A DNA stretch of 64,000 bases from Nitrospinales bacterium (GCA_965223345.1 CBDCWG010000012.1:768001-832000), one strand, 5' to 3'; counted from the first letter of the stretch, positions 44,647 through 54,001 are shown. The notes: a model not told the origin generated them from the letters alone. Numbers and translations are program-made.

Positions 44647-44673
44647 CGGGTGACCGCGCGTCACCCGGTTTTG
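44647..44673 (+). terminator. Putative terminator hairpin after the YqgE gene
   Basis: CGGGTGAC-CGCGC-GTCACCCG followed by GTTTTG. Confidence 0.5.
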
Positions 44674-44724
44674 TGAAATCAGGGCCGGAGCACAGCCGCC
44701 CGATCCGGCCGGGACTCTTTCTCG

Positions 44725-45633
44725 ATGGCATCCTTGCACACCCTTCCCCCTTCCGAGCAGGTTTACGAATCTCACGTTCCCGAGCGCTTCGCCGGATATA
44801 GCATCGAACACTACTTTGCGGCGCGTTTCGGTTACTGGAGCGAAGCGCAGTGGAAGCTCACCATCGAAGCGGGGCGGATTCACGTCAACGGCCGTCCTGC
44901 GGCACTGGGATCGGTGCTGCGTTCCCAGGACAGGATCACAACCCGCATGGGGATGCGCAGCGAGCCCCCTGCGAACCGTGCGCTGGATGTGATCTTTGAG
45001 GACCGGCATCTGCGGGTGTTCAACAAGGCCGCACCTATTCCCGTGCATCCGAGCGGGCGTTATTTCAAAAACAGCATGACTGAGGTTTTAAAAACGGTTT
45101 ATCCCGATGAAATTCCCCGGCCGGTGCAGCGGCTCGATGCGGCGACCACCGGCGTGCTGGTTTTTGCACGCAGCAAAGAAGCTGCAACCCATCTGATGCG
45201 TGCGTTTCAGGAAAACCGGATTCACAAGGAATACCTGGCGCTGGTGGAAGGGGTGCCGAAAAAGAAACGTTTCACCGTGCGGGCGGCGATCGGAAAAATA
45301 CGCGGGTCCAAACGCGCCACCGGTGAAGGGTTGCAAAACCCGAAGCCGGCCGATACGGATTTTGAATGGCTTGCGACTCTGGATGGAAAATCCCTGCTCA
45401 AGGCGATCCCCCGATCCGGCCGCACCAACCAGATCCGGGTGCATCTGAGCAGCGCCGGTCATCCGGTGGTCAACGATCCGGTGTACGGCACGGGATCGGG
45501 ATGCGCCTCGGCGATGGGGCTGCACGCCTTGAAAGCCCGTTTCAAACTGTTCGAATCGCAGATGGAGTTCAGCGCCGCACCGCCTGCGCACTTTATGCCC
45601 TTTCTCAAAGAGGTTGAGAGCGAAATGCCATGA
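44725..45633 (+). CDS. RluA/RluD family RNA pseudouridine synthase with S4-like N-terminus
   Basis: VHPSG, QRLD..TTG, SGRTNQIRVHL. Confidence 0.92.
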   Translation: MASLHTLPPSEQVYESHVPERFAGYSIEHYFAARFGYWSEAQWKLTIEAGRIHVNGRPAALGSVLRSQDRITTRMGMRSEPPANRALDVIFEDRHLRVFNKAAPIPVHPSGRYFKNSMTEVLKTVYPDEIPRPVQRLDAATTGVLVFARSKEAATHLMRAFQENRIHKEYLALVEGVPKKKRFTVRAAIGKIRGSKRATGEGLQNPKPADTDFEWLATLDGKSLLKAIPRSGRTNQIRVHLSSAGHPVVNDPVYGTGSGCASAMGLHALKARFKLFESQMEFSAAPPAHFMPFLKEVESEMP

Positions 45634-46679
45634 CCCCTGCTGTTTTGAACGCAAACAAAGCGGCTTCCAAGCCCACGGGCAATCTGTTCGCCAAGGCGCG
45701 CAATCCCTTCTGGCTGGCGCCCATGGCGGGGATCACCGATGTGGTGTTCCGCGGGTTGATGGACGAGCTGGGGGCGGGGGTGCTGGTTTCGGAGCTGGTG
45801 TCTTCGAAAGGGCTATTGTACCGTTCCGGAAAAACCCGTCAGATGATGCGCATCCACCCCGATCGCAGGACGATCGTGGGCATCCAGTTATTCGGCGAGT
45901 CCGCAGAGGAGATCATCGACGCCGCCTGGAAGGTGCAGGAGGATGGGGGCGATTTCATCGACATCAACCTCGGCTGCCCGGTGAAAAAGGTGGTGAAAAA
46001 AGGCTGCGGCGCGGCGTTGATGCGCGACCCCGCGTACCTGGAGTCGTTTCTGACGCAGATCAAGCGGGGCATCCCGCTGCCCCTCACGGTGAAGATGCGC
46101 ACCGGCTGGAGCGACGAAGAGCTGACGATTCACGAATGCGTGCGTGCCGCCGCCAACGCCGGTTGCGAATGGGTGGCGATCCACGGCCGCACCCGCACTC
46201 AGGGATACGAGGGGCGGGCAAACTGGGATCTGATCGCAGAGGTGAAACAGAAAGCGTCGATCCCCATCATCGGCAACGGCGATATCCGCGATCCGGCGCG
46301 CGCCCGGCGTTGTCTGGAGAAATACGGCGTCGATGCGGTCATGATCGGCCGCGGCGCGTTGCGCAATCCGTGGATTTTCCGTCAGTGCATGGGCGTTCAC
46401 GGACGGGAAGACATGACCGCGCTCGATCTGCTGACGCGCTACCTCTCAGGGTTGCGGACCTATTACGACACGCGCATCACGCTCATCCTGCTGCGTAAAT
46501 TTTCCACCTGGCTGGCATTCGGCTATCCGGGCGCCGCCGCGTTCCGCCGCGAAGTGTTTCTGATTCCCACACCCGACGAGGTGGTTGCGTTTGCGGCCGC
46601 GTTTTTCGAGGCTCGCGCGCACCTTCCCGCTCCCCGCTTCGACGAATCCGAAGCGTTTCTCATGGGCGGACACGGCTGA
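45630..46679 (+). CDS. tRNA-dihydrouridine synthase (DusB-like)
   Basis: LAPMAGITD, QLFG, DINLGCP, HGRT, GNGDI, MIGRG. Confidence 0.95.
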   Translation: MTPAVLNANKAASKPTGNLFAKARNPFWLAPMAGITDVVFRGLMDELGAGVLVSELVSSKGLLYRSGKTRQMMRIHPDRRTIVGIQLFGESAEEIIDAAWKVQEDGGDFIDINLGCPVKKVVKKGCGAALMRDPAYLESFLTQIKRGIPLPLTVKMRTGWSDEELTIHECVRAAANAGCEWVAIHGRTRTQGYEGRANWDLIAEVKQKASIPIIGNGDIRDPARARRCLEKYGVDAVMIGRGALRNPWIFRQCMGVHGREDMTALDLLTRYLSGLRTYYDTRITLILLRKFSTWLAFGYPGAAAFRREVFLIPTPDEVVAFAAAFFEARAHLPAPRFDESEAFLMGGHG

Positions 46680-46690
46680 GACGGCATTCC

Positions 46691-47485
46691 TTGAACGACA
46701 CGAAAGCAAAAGCGAAAAAGAATTCCAAGCCGAAAAACTCCCGGCCGCCGGAGTTCGCCCTTTACGGCTGGAACGCCTGCATGCGCCTGTTCGAAAAGCG
46801 GCCCAAGGACATCCTGCGCGTTTTTTTCAGCAGGGCGCGTTCCGCCGAACTGGGAGCGGTGAAGAAATGGTGCGCCGCGCGCAAGCTGCCGTATCGGCAA
46901 CTGAATGCGGAGGACCTCGCCAAAGTCGCGGCCAGTGTGCATCACGAAGGGGTGGTGATGGTGGTGCGTCCCCTGGAAGCCAGGCGGGCGCATGCTCTGA
47001 CACGGGAACCGTTGCCCAAGGATGCGGTGCTGGTCGCGCTGGACCGCGTCGAGGACGTGCACAACCGCGGCGCGATTTTGCGGTCCTGCGCTTTTTTCGG
47101 GGTGAACGGAATGGTCGCCCCGGCCGCAAAGGAAGAAAAGTGGTTCGCGCCCTCGGCGGCGCGCATGGCGGAAGGCGCTCTGGAGGTGGTCCCGTTTTAC
47201 GGGTGTTCGGACCTGGCCTCGGTGCTGCGGGATCTGCGCAAGCAGGGGGCGTTCGTGCTGGGGGCCGATCTCGACGCGCGGCGGTCCCTGTATGAGGCGT
47301 CGATTTCATTTCCCTGCGTGCTGGTTGTGGGCAACGAGCGGGAAGGGTTGTCGGAAAAAGTCAAAAAGCGCTGCGACACGCTGGTGCGGATTCCGGGGAC
47401 GCAGGAGATGCAGTCTCTGAATGTGTCTGTGGCGGCGGGGGTGGTGCTTGCCGAGATTTTCCGCAGAAAAACGCAACCGGTGTGA
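46691..47485 (+). CDS. TrmH/SpoU family RNA 2'-O-methyltransferase
   Basis: HN.GAILRS, VGNE.EG, SLNVSVAAG. Confidence 0.93.
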   Translation: MNDTKAKAKKNSKPKNSRPPEFALYGWNACMRLFEKRPKDILRVFFSRARSAELGAVKKWCAARKLPYRQLNAEDLAKVAASVHHEGVVMVVRPLEARRAHALTREPLPKDAVLVALDRVEDVHNRGAILRSCAFFGVNGMVAPAAKEEKWFAPSAARMAEGALEVVPFYGCSDLASVLRDLRKQGAFVLGADLDARRSLYEASISFPCVLVVGNEREGLSEKVKKRCDTLVRIPGTQEMQSLNVSVAAGVVLAEIFRRKTQPV

Positions 47486-47492
47486 GTGAGCC

Positions 47493-47915
47493 ATGTTTTT
47501 TGCAAAACTGCATCCTCTGATCGTGCACTTTCCCATGGGGCTTCTGGTGAGCGGCGCGCTGTTCGAGCTTTACGGGAAGCTCCGCAACGAGGAGGTGGTT
47601 TCCGCCGCCGGGCGGTTCAACCTGCGCCTCGGTTTCTGGAGCGCGTTTCCGGTGCTGGTCGTCGGTTATCTCGGCATGTTGAGTCTGGAAAACACGGAAA
47701 AATTCAGAAGCTTTCTCGGCAACCACATCCTGTTTGCGTTTTCTTCTGTGGGGATATTTATGGCGGCGCTGTTGCTGGCGCGGTTTCGCAGCCAGCGGGG
47801 CGGGCTGTATTACCTGCTGCTCTTTCTCGGGCTGTGCACGGTGCTCGCCACCGGTTTTTTCGGCGGAGAGATGGTGCACCGGTTCGGCGTGTCGGCGAAG
47901 CAGTCGCTGATCTAG
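47493..47915 (+). CDS. DUF2231-like membrane protein
   Basis: LHPLIVHFPMGLL...H...GGEMVH; about four TM helices. Confidence 0.8.
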   Translation: MFFAKLHPLIVHFPMGLLVSGALFELYGKLRNEEVVSAAGRFNLRLGFWSAFPVLVVGYLGMLSLENTEKFRSFLGNHILFAFSSVGIFMAALLLARFRSQRGGLYYLLLFLGLCTVLATGFFGGEMVHRFGVSAKQSLI

Positions 47916-48292
47916 AACACGAGAACGTAACCGGACCAGCCGGATGCGGCCAGGGACAACAATCCGGTCGCGTAAAAAAACACGGCGATTTTCGAGTAGG
48001 GGCGGGTGTACGAATAGCCCGCGCAAAAACCGTAAAGGACCGTGAAGAGGAACGAGTATCCCTGATGTCCTTCCACCTCCACCGTGGAGCGCAGGCTCAG
48101 ATCGGCGGACAGCATGCCGGAAAAATCCGCCATCACCGCAGCCAGCAGCCCCAGGCTCAGGTTGAACGAACCCGCCGATTTGTACAACGGATTGTTGTGT
48201 TTCCACGACAGAAAAATCAGCGCGACCCCGGCAATGAAGAGAGCTATGGGGAAATGCGAGATGAAGGGGTGGAAGGAGACGGTGCTGATCAT
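47912..48292 (-). CDS. DUF2231-like membrane protein
   Basis: FHPFISHFPIALF...GH...SGYVLVF. Confidence 0.75.
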   Translation of the reverse strand: MISTVSFHPFISHFPIALFIAGVALIFLSWKHNNPLYKSAGSFNLSLGLLAAVMADFSGMLSADLSLRSTVEVEGHQGYSFLFTVLYGFCAGYSYTRPYSKIAVFFYATGLLSLAASGWSGYVLVF

Positions 48293-48469
48293 GTTTTAAG
48301 GATGCGGGAAATGCGAGTCGTGGATTTCAAGATGCAGCTTGCCATATCGTCTGCGGTTTGCAGACTCTGGACGCTGAGGGAACGAATCGATGGCGGCGCG
48401 CGCAACCGGTTGCCGCCACTGAATCGGCGGCCGGTGCCCGCCCGGTTCCGTTGAGGGCGGTTAAACGAA

Positions 48470-48778
48470 TCAGGTGTTTTTCGTTGAGCTGTCGGAATCG
48501 TTGGTGAGGCCGAGGCTCTTTTCGGAAAGGTCGAGGTTGACGTCTACGTCCACCTTGGTGGCGTTCATCACATCCTGTTCCAGAACTTCCATGTTGACGT
48601 TCTGCTTCAGGCCTTCCGCCTCGTCCATCACTTCTTGCTTGAGGCTGCTGAAGGTGTTCTGGAACTCTCCCCAGCCTTTGCCGATCGCTTTGGCGAGCTT
48701 GGGCAGGTTCTGAGGACCGATGACCACCACGGCGATGGCCATGATGATGAGGATTTCAAAAAAACCGATGTCGAACAT
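48470..48778 (-). CDS. tatB: Twin-arginine translocase subunit TatB
   Basis: MFDIGFFEILIIMAIAVVVIGPQNLP (E8 and GP motif). Confidence 0.88.
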   Translation of the reverse strand: MFDIGFFEILIIMAIAVVVIGPQNLPKLAKAIGKGWGEFQNTFSSLKQEVMDEAEGLKQNVNMEVLEQDVMNATKVDVDVNLDLSEKSLGLTNDSDSSTKNT

Positions 48779-48829
48779 GGGCCGACTCCATGACAGGTTG
48801 TCCTTGCGTTCTCAGGATACAGCTAAATT

Positions 48830-49036
48830 CTACCAGATGAAAGGGTTGTTCGCCAGCACGACAAGGGCAATCAAAATGAGGACCGCATAATATAACCAGT
48901 CCAGAAAGGAATGAGCCTGCAATTTCCTGAAATTCCTCTTCATCCATTGAACCCGTTTGGGAATGTTCTGAGGACCGATGACCACCACGGCAGTGGCCAT
49001 GATGATCAGGGTTTCATGAAAACCGATGTCGAACAT
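48830..49036 (-). CDS. TatB N-terminal duplicate fused to an unrelated C-terminus (68 aa; possibly a pseudogene)
   Basis: MFDIGFHETLIIMATAVVVIGPQNIPK closely matches the tatB N-terminus; a second hydrophobic helix follows. Confidence 0.55.
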   Translation of the reverse strand: MFDIGFHETLIIMATAVVVIGPQNIPKRVQWMKRNFRKLQAHSFLDWLYYAVLILIALVVLANNPFIW

Positions 49037-49295
49037 GGGGAATCTCCCCAAAACCGTTTGGCTTGGAATATGAAAAATTCTACCAGATGAAAGGCCGGTT
49101 TGCTAATGAGATCGGGTTTCGCTATCCTGCTGCGGGGAACGCACAAGTCCGGAAAAAGCAAACGGATAGAGTGGGGCCCTTTGGTGGAGGACCGGCTTCG
49201 GCATGCGCATACTGCCGGTCTATACCGGTGTTGACAGCGGCGGGGATCGCTGGTAATCCTGCGGAACGGCAAGGCTCGATGATTCGCATTCGCAA

Positions 49296-50225
49296 ATGAA
49301 AATTGTCCGGGGTACGAAAAACATTGTGGGGCCCATCGCCTATCCGGTGGTTTCGATCGGCAATTTCGACGGCGTGCACATCGGTCATCAAATGCTGTTT
49401 CGAAAAACCGCCGAGATCGCCCAGGCTGCGAAGGGCACCTCGATCGCTTTCACGTTCGAACCGCATCCGCTCAAAATCATCGCTCCCGAGCGGGTGCCGC
49501 CTCTGCTCACGACCTTTCGCCAGAAGATGGAACTCATCGAAGCGAACGGCATCGATCTGGTCATCTGCGCCGATTTCACGCGGCAGTTCGCGGACCAGCG
49601 GCCGCGGGATTTCGCCAGGAATGTGCTGGTGGATAAAATCGGTGTCAGGGAGATCGTGGTGGGATTCGATTATGCGTTTGGCCGCGGCCGGGAGGGCACC
49701 ATCGACTACCTCAAGAAAATGGGCGAGGAGTTCGGATTCGTGGTCCACGTGGTCGATCCGATCAAAATCAACGGCCACCTGGTCGGCAGCTCGCACGTGC
49801 GGGAGCTGATCGAGGAAGGCGACGTGCAGGGGGCGCAGGAGTTTCTCGGCCGCTATTATTCGATCCGCGGTCCCGTGGTGCACGGCCACCACACCGGCAA
49901 GGCTATCGGGTTTCCCACCGCCAACATCGACACCAGCAAGGTGCAGACTCCCGGAACGGGGGTGTATGCCGCCTACGTGCTTTTAAAGGGCAAGCGCTAC
50001 CGCGGTGCGGTGAACGTGGGGTTCAACCCGACCTTCAACCGCGACCGGTTGAGCGTCGAGGTGTTCATTTTCGATTTCGACCGGAAAATCTACGGCGAGG
50101 AAATCGAGGTTCAGTTTGTGGACCGCATCCGCAGTGAAATCGCCTTTGCGTCCGCCGACGAACTGGTGGCGCAGATCCGAAAGGATGTCGAAACCGCAAA
50201 CGTGATTCTGGAGAACGCTCCTTGA
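49296..50225 (+). CDS. ribF: Bifunctional riboflavin kinase/FAD synthetase
   Basis: GNFDGVHIGH, TFEPHP, GFPTAN, GFNPT. Confidence 0.97.
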   Translation: MKIVRGTKNIVGPIAYPVVSIGNFDGVHIGHQMLFRKTAEIAQAAKGTSIAFTFEPHPLKIIAPERVPPLLTTFRQKMELIEANGIDLVICADFTRQFADQRPRDFARNVLVDKIGVREIVVGFDYAFGRGREGTIDYLKKMGEEFGFVVHVVDPIKINGHLVGSSHVRELIEEGDVQGAQEFLGRYYSIRGPVVHGHHTGKAIGFPTANIDTSKVQTPGTGVYAAYVLLKGKRYRGAVNVGFNPTFNRDRLSVEVFIFDFDRKIYGEEIEVQFVDRIRSEIAFASADELVAQIRKDVETANVILENAP

Positions 50226-51277
50226 AGAACTGGAAACAACTGCTGCTGGGCCTGGCCATCGCCGCGGCGGCTTTGTACTACACCTTGCGCAACGTTTCGT
50301 TTCAGGAGCTTTCGGATTCCTTCAAAACGGTGGAGTACATCTATCTGCTGCCGGCGGTGGGCTTCATGCTGCTCAGCTTTGTGTTGCGCGCCTACCGGTG
50401 GCGGATTCTGCTCGCTCCCATGAAAGCGGTGAAGGTGGGCGCCCTGTATTCCCCGCTGATGATCGGGTTCATGGGAAATATCCTGCCGGCGCGGGCGGGA
50501 GAGTTTTTGCGCGCCTACCTGCTGGGAAAAAAACTCGATGTGTCATTCTCGGGTGCGTTCGCGTCGATCGTGGTCGAACGTCTGTTCGACGTCGCGGCGC
50601 TGCTTTTTCTGTTCGTCTGGGTGTTCGTGTTTCACGCGGACATCATCGACCCGCAGGCGATGGTATCCGGGGTGCCGGTGCAGGTGCTGGCGACGCGATT
50701 CGGGCAGGTGAGCGCCGTTCTTTTGGCTGCGCTCATGCTGTTCGTTTATCTGATGGTGAATCACAAGGAAGGGTTGATGCGCTTTCTGCGGAAACTCCTT
50801 CGCCCGTTGCCCGAAACCTGGCAGAACAAGATCGAATATCTGCTGGAGGAATTCAGCCTGGGCTGCATGGCGACGAAAAATCTTGCGGCCGTTTTGAAGA
50901 TCGTGTTTTTCACGCTTCTGGTGTGGGCGGCGATCGTTTTGAGCTATTATCCGTTCTTCTGGGCGTATGAACTTCCCGACCCGTCCCTGCAATCGGTCAT
51001 GCTCGTCACGCTGTTTGTGTGTGTGCTGATCACGGTTCTTCCGACGCCGGCGTTTCTCGGGTCCTTCAATGCGGCGATTTTGTTCGCCCTGCACGAGATC
51101 ATGCACGTGCCGGAAGTGACGGCGGTCAGCTTCGGGGTCGTGTGCTGGGCGGTCAATTTCGGGGTCGTTCTGGCGGGAGGGCTTTATTTCGTGCTGCACG
51201 ATTCGCTGTCCGTGAGCAAGCTGGTCGAAATCGAGGAAAAGGGGCCGGACGCCCTGAAAGAAGCGGGTCCCTCTTGA
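50222..51277 (+). CDS. UPF0104 / lysylphosphatidylglycerol synthase-like flippase membrane protein
   Basis: RAYRW, GNILPARAGE..R, VVERLFD, PTPAFLG. Confidence 0.88.
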   Translation: MKNWKQLLLGLAIAAAALYYTLRNVSFQELSDSFKTVEYIYLLPAVGFMLLSFVLRAYRWRILLAPMKAVKVGALYSPLMIGFMGNILPARAGEFLRAYLLGKKLDVSFSGAFASIVVERLFDVAALLFLFVWVFVFHADIIDPQAMVSGVPVQVLATRFGQVSAVLLAALMLFVYLMVNHKEGLMRFLRKLLRPLPETWQNKIEYLLEEFSLGCMATKNLAAVLKIVFFTLLVWAAIVLSYYPFFWAYELPDPSLQSVMLVTLFVCVLITVLPTPAFLGSFNAAILFALHEIMHVPEVTAVSFGVVCWAVNFGVVLAGGLYFVLHDSLSVSKLVEIEEKGPDALKEAGPS

Positions 51278-51338
51278 TTCCGTCTTGAAATTTCAGGACA
51301 ACCCTTTCATAATAGCATCCCAACCCCGACCGCAGGGC

Positions 51339-51425
51339 GCCGAAGTGGCGGAATTGGTAGACGCGCATGATTCAGGATCATGTGTTCGAAAGAACGTGGA
51401 GGTTCAAATCCTCTCTTCGGCACCA
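51339..51425 (+). tRNA. tRNA-Leu(CAG)
   Basis: GCCGAAGTGGCGGAATTGGTAGACGC...CATGATT-CAG-GATCATG, long variable arm, GGTTCAAATCC, CTTCGGCACCA. Confidence 0.97.
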
Positions 51426-51667
51426 CTCTTATGAGGAGTTCGATTTCGTTTTCTGTGGACGAATTCCTCATTGTTTGATCTTAACCTTTTCCTATCGATC
51501 GGAAAACTTACACGTGGCGGGCGGATCGATCCATGCCGGGTGAAGATGGTTGGCTAGGATTCGAACCCGTTTCTCTGAACCCTATCCCCTATCCTTTTAT
51601 CAGTGTGTCGCGTGCGGTTTTGCGGAATTTCAATTTGGTTTTTCCGGATCGTAATTTTTCATATTTG

Positions 51668-51708
51668 AGAAGGGGCACACTCCTCATTTGCTAGTTTGTG
51701 CCCCTTCT
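51668..51708. terminator. Inverted repeat downstream of the SWYVTED gene (possible terminator)
   Basis: AGAAGGGGCACA-N17-TGTGCCCCTTCT, a 12-bp perfect stem. Confidence 0.5.
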
Positions 51709-51787
51709 GAATTGTCTTGGGCCACGCAAGATGTAGTCTAATATCCGCATGTCCCACCTGTAGCAGCTCGAATCGCATGCTTGGCGG

Positions 51788-52171
51788 TCACTGGATTCGA
51801 GGCAACCGGTCTTCGGTCACATACCAGCTTCGCAGATCCAGAATTGTTTCCGTTGTGGTTTCCTGATTCCCCGAATACCGTTTGGGTGAAATGATTCCTT
51901 TCATGTGAGTCTTTGCCTTAGGCAGACGATCCTCAGTCACGTACCAGGAAGAGATGAGATCCTGTTCACTCGAAATTTCCACGACCGGAACAGCCATTTT
52001 TTCTGCGTGCATGGTTTTTCCATGCGGCAGAGCGTCTTCGGTCACATACCAGGAGGCCGTGGGATCCTGCACGGGATTTGAGGTGTTCGCGAATGTCGGT
52101 ATTGCTGAAAAAAGAAGGGCGCCTACGCCAATAACGGAAAACACGGTAGAGAAAATTTTCTTGTTGTTCAT
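51788..52171 (-). CDS. Small secreted hypothetical protein with three SWYVTEDxLP repeats
   Basis: AAGGA RBS; Sec signal peptide ending PTFA; motif at three positions with synonymous codon differences. Confidence 0.8.
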   Translation of the reverse strand: MNNKKIFSTVFSVIGVGALLFSAIPTFANTSNPVQDPTASWYVTEDALPHGKTMHAEKMAVPVVEISSEQDLISSWYVTEDRLPKAKTHMKGIISPKRYSGNQETTTETILDLRSWYVTEDRLPRIQ

Positions 52172-52239
52172 GACTCGATTCCTTTTAAGAGATTTGTTGA
52201 ATTTTTTCTGCGGGTATATTAACCGCGCGTCTAAGTATT

Positions 52240-52268
52240 AATATAGACTTATGTATAGATCTTGTAAA
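52240..52268 (-). promoter_or_regulatory. Sigma70-type promoter of the SWYVTED gene, overlapped by repeated TATAGA boxes
   Basis: TTTACA-N17-TATATT on the minus strand. Confidence 0.55.
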
Positions 52269-52732
52269 GATAAATATAGACAAAATGTCGAGGCTGTTTA
52301 ATGTTTTATAATATTCTTAAAAACAATCATTTATGTTTGTTTTACGGGTGTTGATGCAAAAAAAAAATCAAGAATTCGCTTGTGCTTGTATAAATTTTTC
52401 TTGAGGTGGGTGATTTTCCTGAGAGTCGGGGCACGCAGCAGGAAGGTCTTTGTAAGGCACAGGAGGATAGAAAAAAGCGGCCGGGAATCAGAATGTGCGC
52501 TGACACTCCGCCTTAAGCAGCCAGAGTTGTTGCGAAAAGTTGAAAGAAATTCTTACATCGACCCCTGCCGTTTGAAGACCTGCAAGCGAATTGGGTTCAG
52601 CGCTCGAAAAAACCCACTTGTAGTTGTGGGAGTGGAAGTGAAACTCGGGTGAGAACTTGGGTGTGTCTTCTCGTATTTTTTTACTCTGAAACTATGTGTC
52701 AGATCGGTAACGGCTTGTTTTATCGACCTGCT

Positions 52733-54001
52733 TCATCCTATATACCGGCTTTTCAGTTTGATGAATCCTAAAAAGGCCGTCAGACCGCTGACGCCCACTG
52801 CGGTCATCCAGAGGAACCAGTCGAGGTGATCGATCAGGGCGAGCAGAAACAGAAAGTGGGTGAAGTCGCGGTTGCTGATCTTGTCCACCCAGTTTTCGGC
52901 CTGTCCCTCCGTTTTGGCGTTCAGGGTGGATTTGCCGGCAATGATTTTGCTTTGCAGCAGGAGAAAGCAGGCCAGGCTCCCCAACGCCGCGACGGTCCCC
53001 AAACCGAGGTAGAGGGCGTCGGCGCGGGTCTGGTACAGCCCGAAACCGATGGCGAAGAAAACCGCAATGTGCACCAGGTTGTCGCACAGGATATCGAGCT
53101 TTCCCCCCAGCGGGCTTTCCATGAATTTGATGCGGGCGATTTCCCCGTCCACGCCGTCCACCCAGATGGACAACAGCAGCAACGCGGCGCCGGCGATGCC
53201 CATCGCATGACCGCCGATAAAAAAGCAAACCGCGGCGGCGATTCCGAGTGCGAAACTGAACAGGGTGATCTGGTTGGGCGTGATCGTTGTGTCGATGAGC
53301 CCGCGGGTCAGGAATCCGGAAACCGGGCGTGAGAGCAGGCGGGTGATCAGGCTGTCGTTGGACAGGCCGCCGGAGGTTTTCAGCAATCGTTTGCTCTCTT
53401 TGCGAAAATCCGCTTCGTTTTTTATTTTCGGCCGTTCCTCTTCCGGAAGGTAGACCAGCAGACTCTTGTCCAGGTCGGGTGCCGAATCCGTCCAGAGCCC
53501 GGATTGTTCCCGCGCCTTGTCCACGCCGGGGAAGGCGAAGGTGTCCGTGGGCTTGAGCAGGTTTTTCAGGGCCTCGGTGTCCAGGTAGAAAAGGCGGCCG
53601 TTTCCCGAATCCTCCTTTGGCGACAGGGTCACGAGGGCGGAACGGATTTTGTTTTTTTCGTGCAGGAAAGACCCGTCGAGAAAAAGGTTTTTTGAGGACT
53701 GTCCGATCGCCTGGAGCAGCTGACGGCTGTCGTCCGCCCAGTTCAGTTGCAGATCGATTCGCGGGTCCTGGGTGATGGTGCGCCGCAGCGTCTCCATCGG
53801 TTCGCTGCCGTACACCACCAGACTGCGGATGCCCCCGCGCTGGATATTGAGGATATTGCGCAGCAAAAAAGGCAGTCCGGCGATGTGCTTGCCGTACCAC
53901 TCCTGCAGGCTTTTGCTGGGGGAGGGAACCGGCAGGAACAGGACCGCGGTCCAGTCCTTCAATTCAAATGCGAACGATGCGGAACCCGAATTTGCAACCA
54001 T
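52733..54001 (-). CDS. CDP-alcohol phosphotransferase (DIPPS-like) with degenerate N-terminal nucleotidyltransferase-like domain
   Basis: ITPNQIT and DGVDGEIAR...GGKLDILCD signature. N-terminal IAGLPFLLRNI...GI is NTP-transferase-like but lacks AAGxGxR. Confidence 0.88.
   Translation of the reverse strand: MVANSGSASFAFELKDWTAVLFLPVPSPSKSLQEWYGKHIAGLPFLLRNILNIQRGGIRSLVVYGSEPMETLRRTITQDPRIDLQLNWADDSRQLLQAIGQSSKNLFLDGSFLHEKNKIRSALVTLSPKEDSGNGRLFYLDTEALKNLLKPTDTFAFPGVDKAREQSGLWTDSAPDLDKSLLVYLPEEERPKIKNEADFRKESKRLLKTSGGLSNDSLITRLLSRPVSGFLTRGLIDTTITPNQITLFSFALGIAAAVCFFIGGHAMGIAGAALLLLSIWVDGVDGEIARIKFMESPLGGKLDILCDNLVHIAVFFAIGFGLYQTRADALYLGLGTVAALGSLACFLLLQSKIIAGKSTLNAKTEGQAENWVDKISNRDFTHFLFLLALIDHLDWFLWMTAVGVSGLTAFLGFIKLKSRYIG

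Noticed and set aside
45121..45150. QRLD instead of HRLD in the pseudouridine synthase
   Set aside because: The catalytic Asp and Arg are retained; a minor variant.
51547..51568. Minus-strand GGGTTCGAATCCTAGCCAACCA resembling a tRNA T-loop and CCA end
   Set aside because: The T-stem pairs poorly, there is no cloverleaf upstream, and it does not match the tRNA-Leu 3' end, so neither a tRNA nor an att site is supported.
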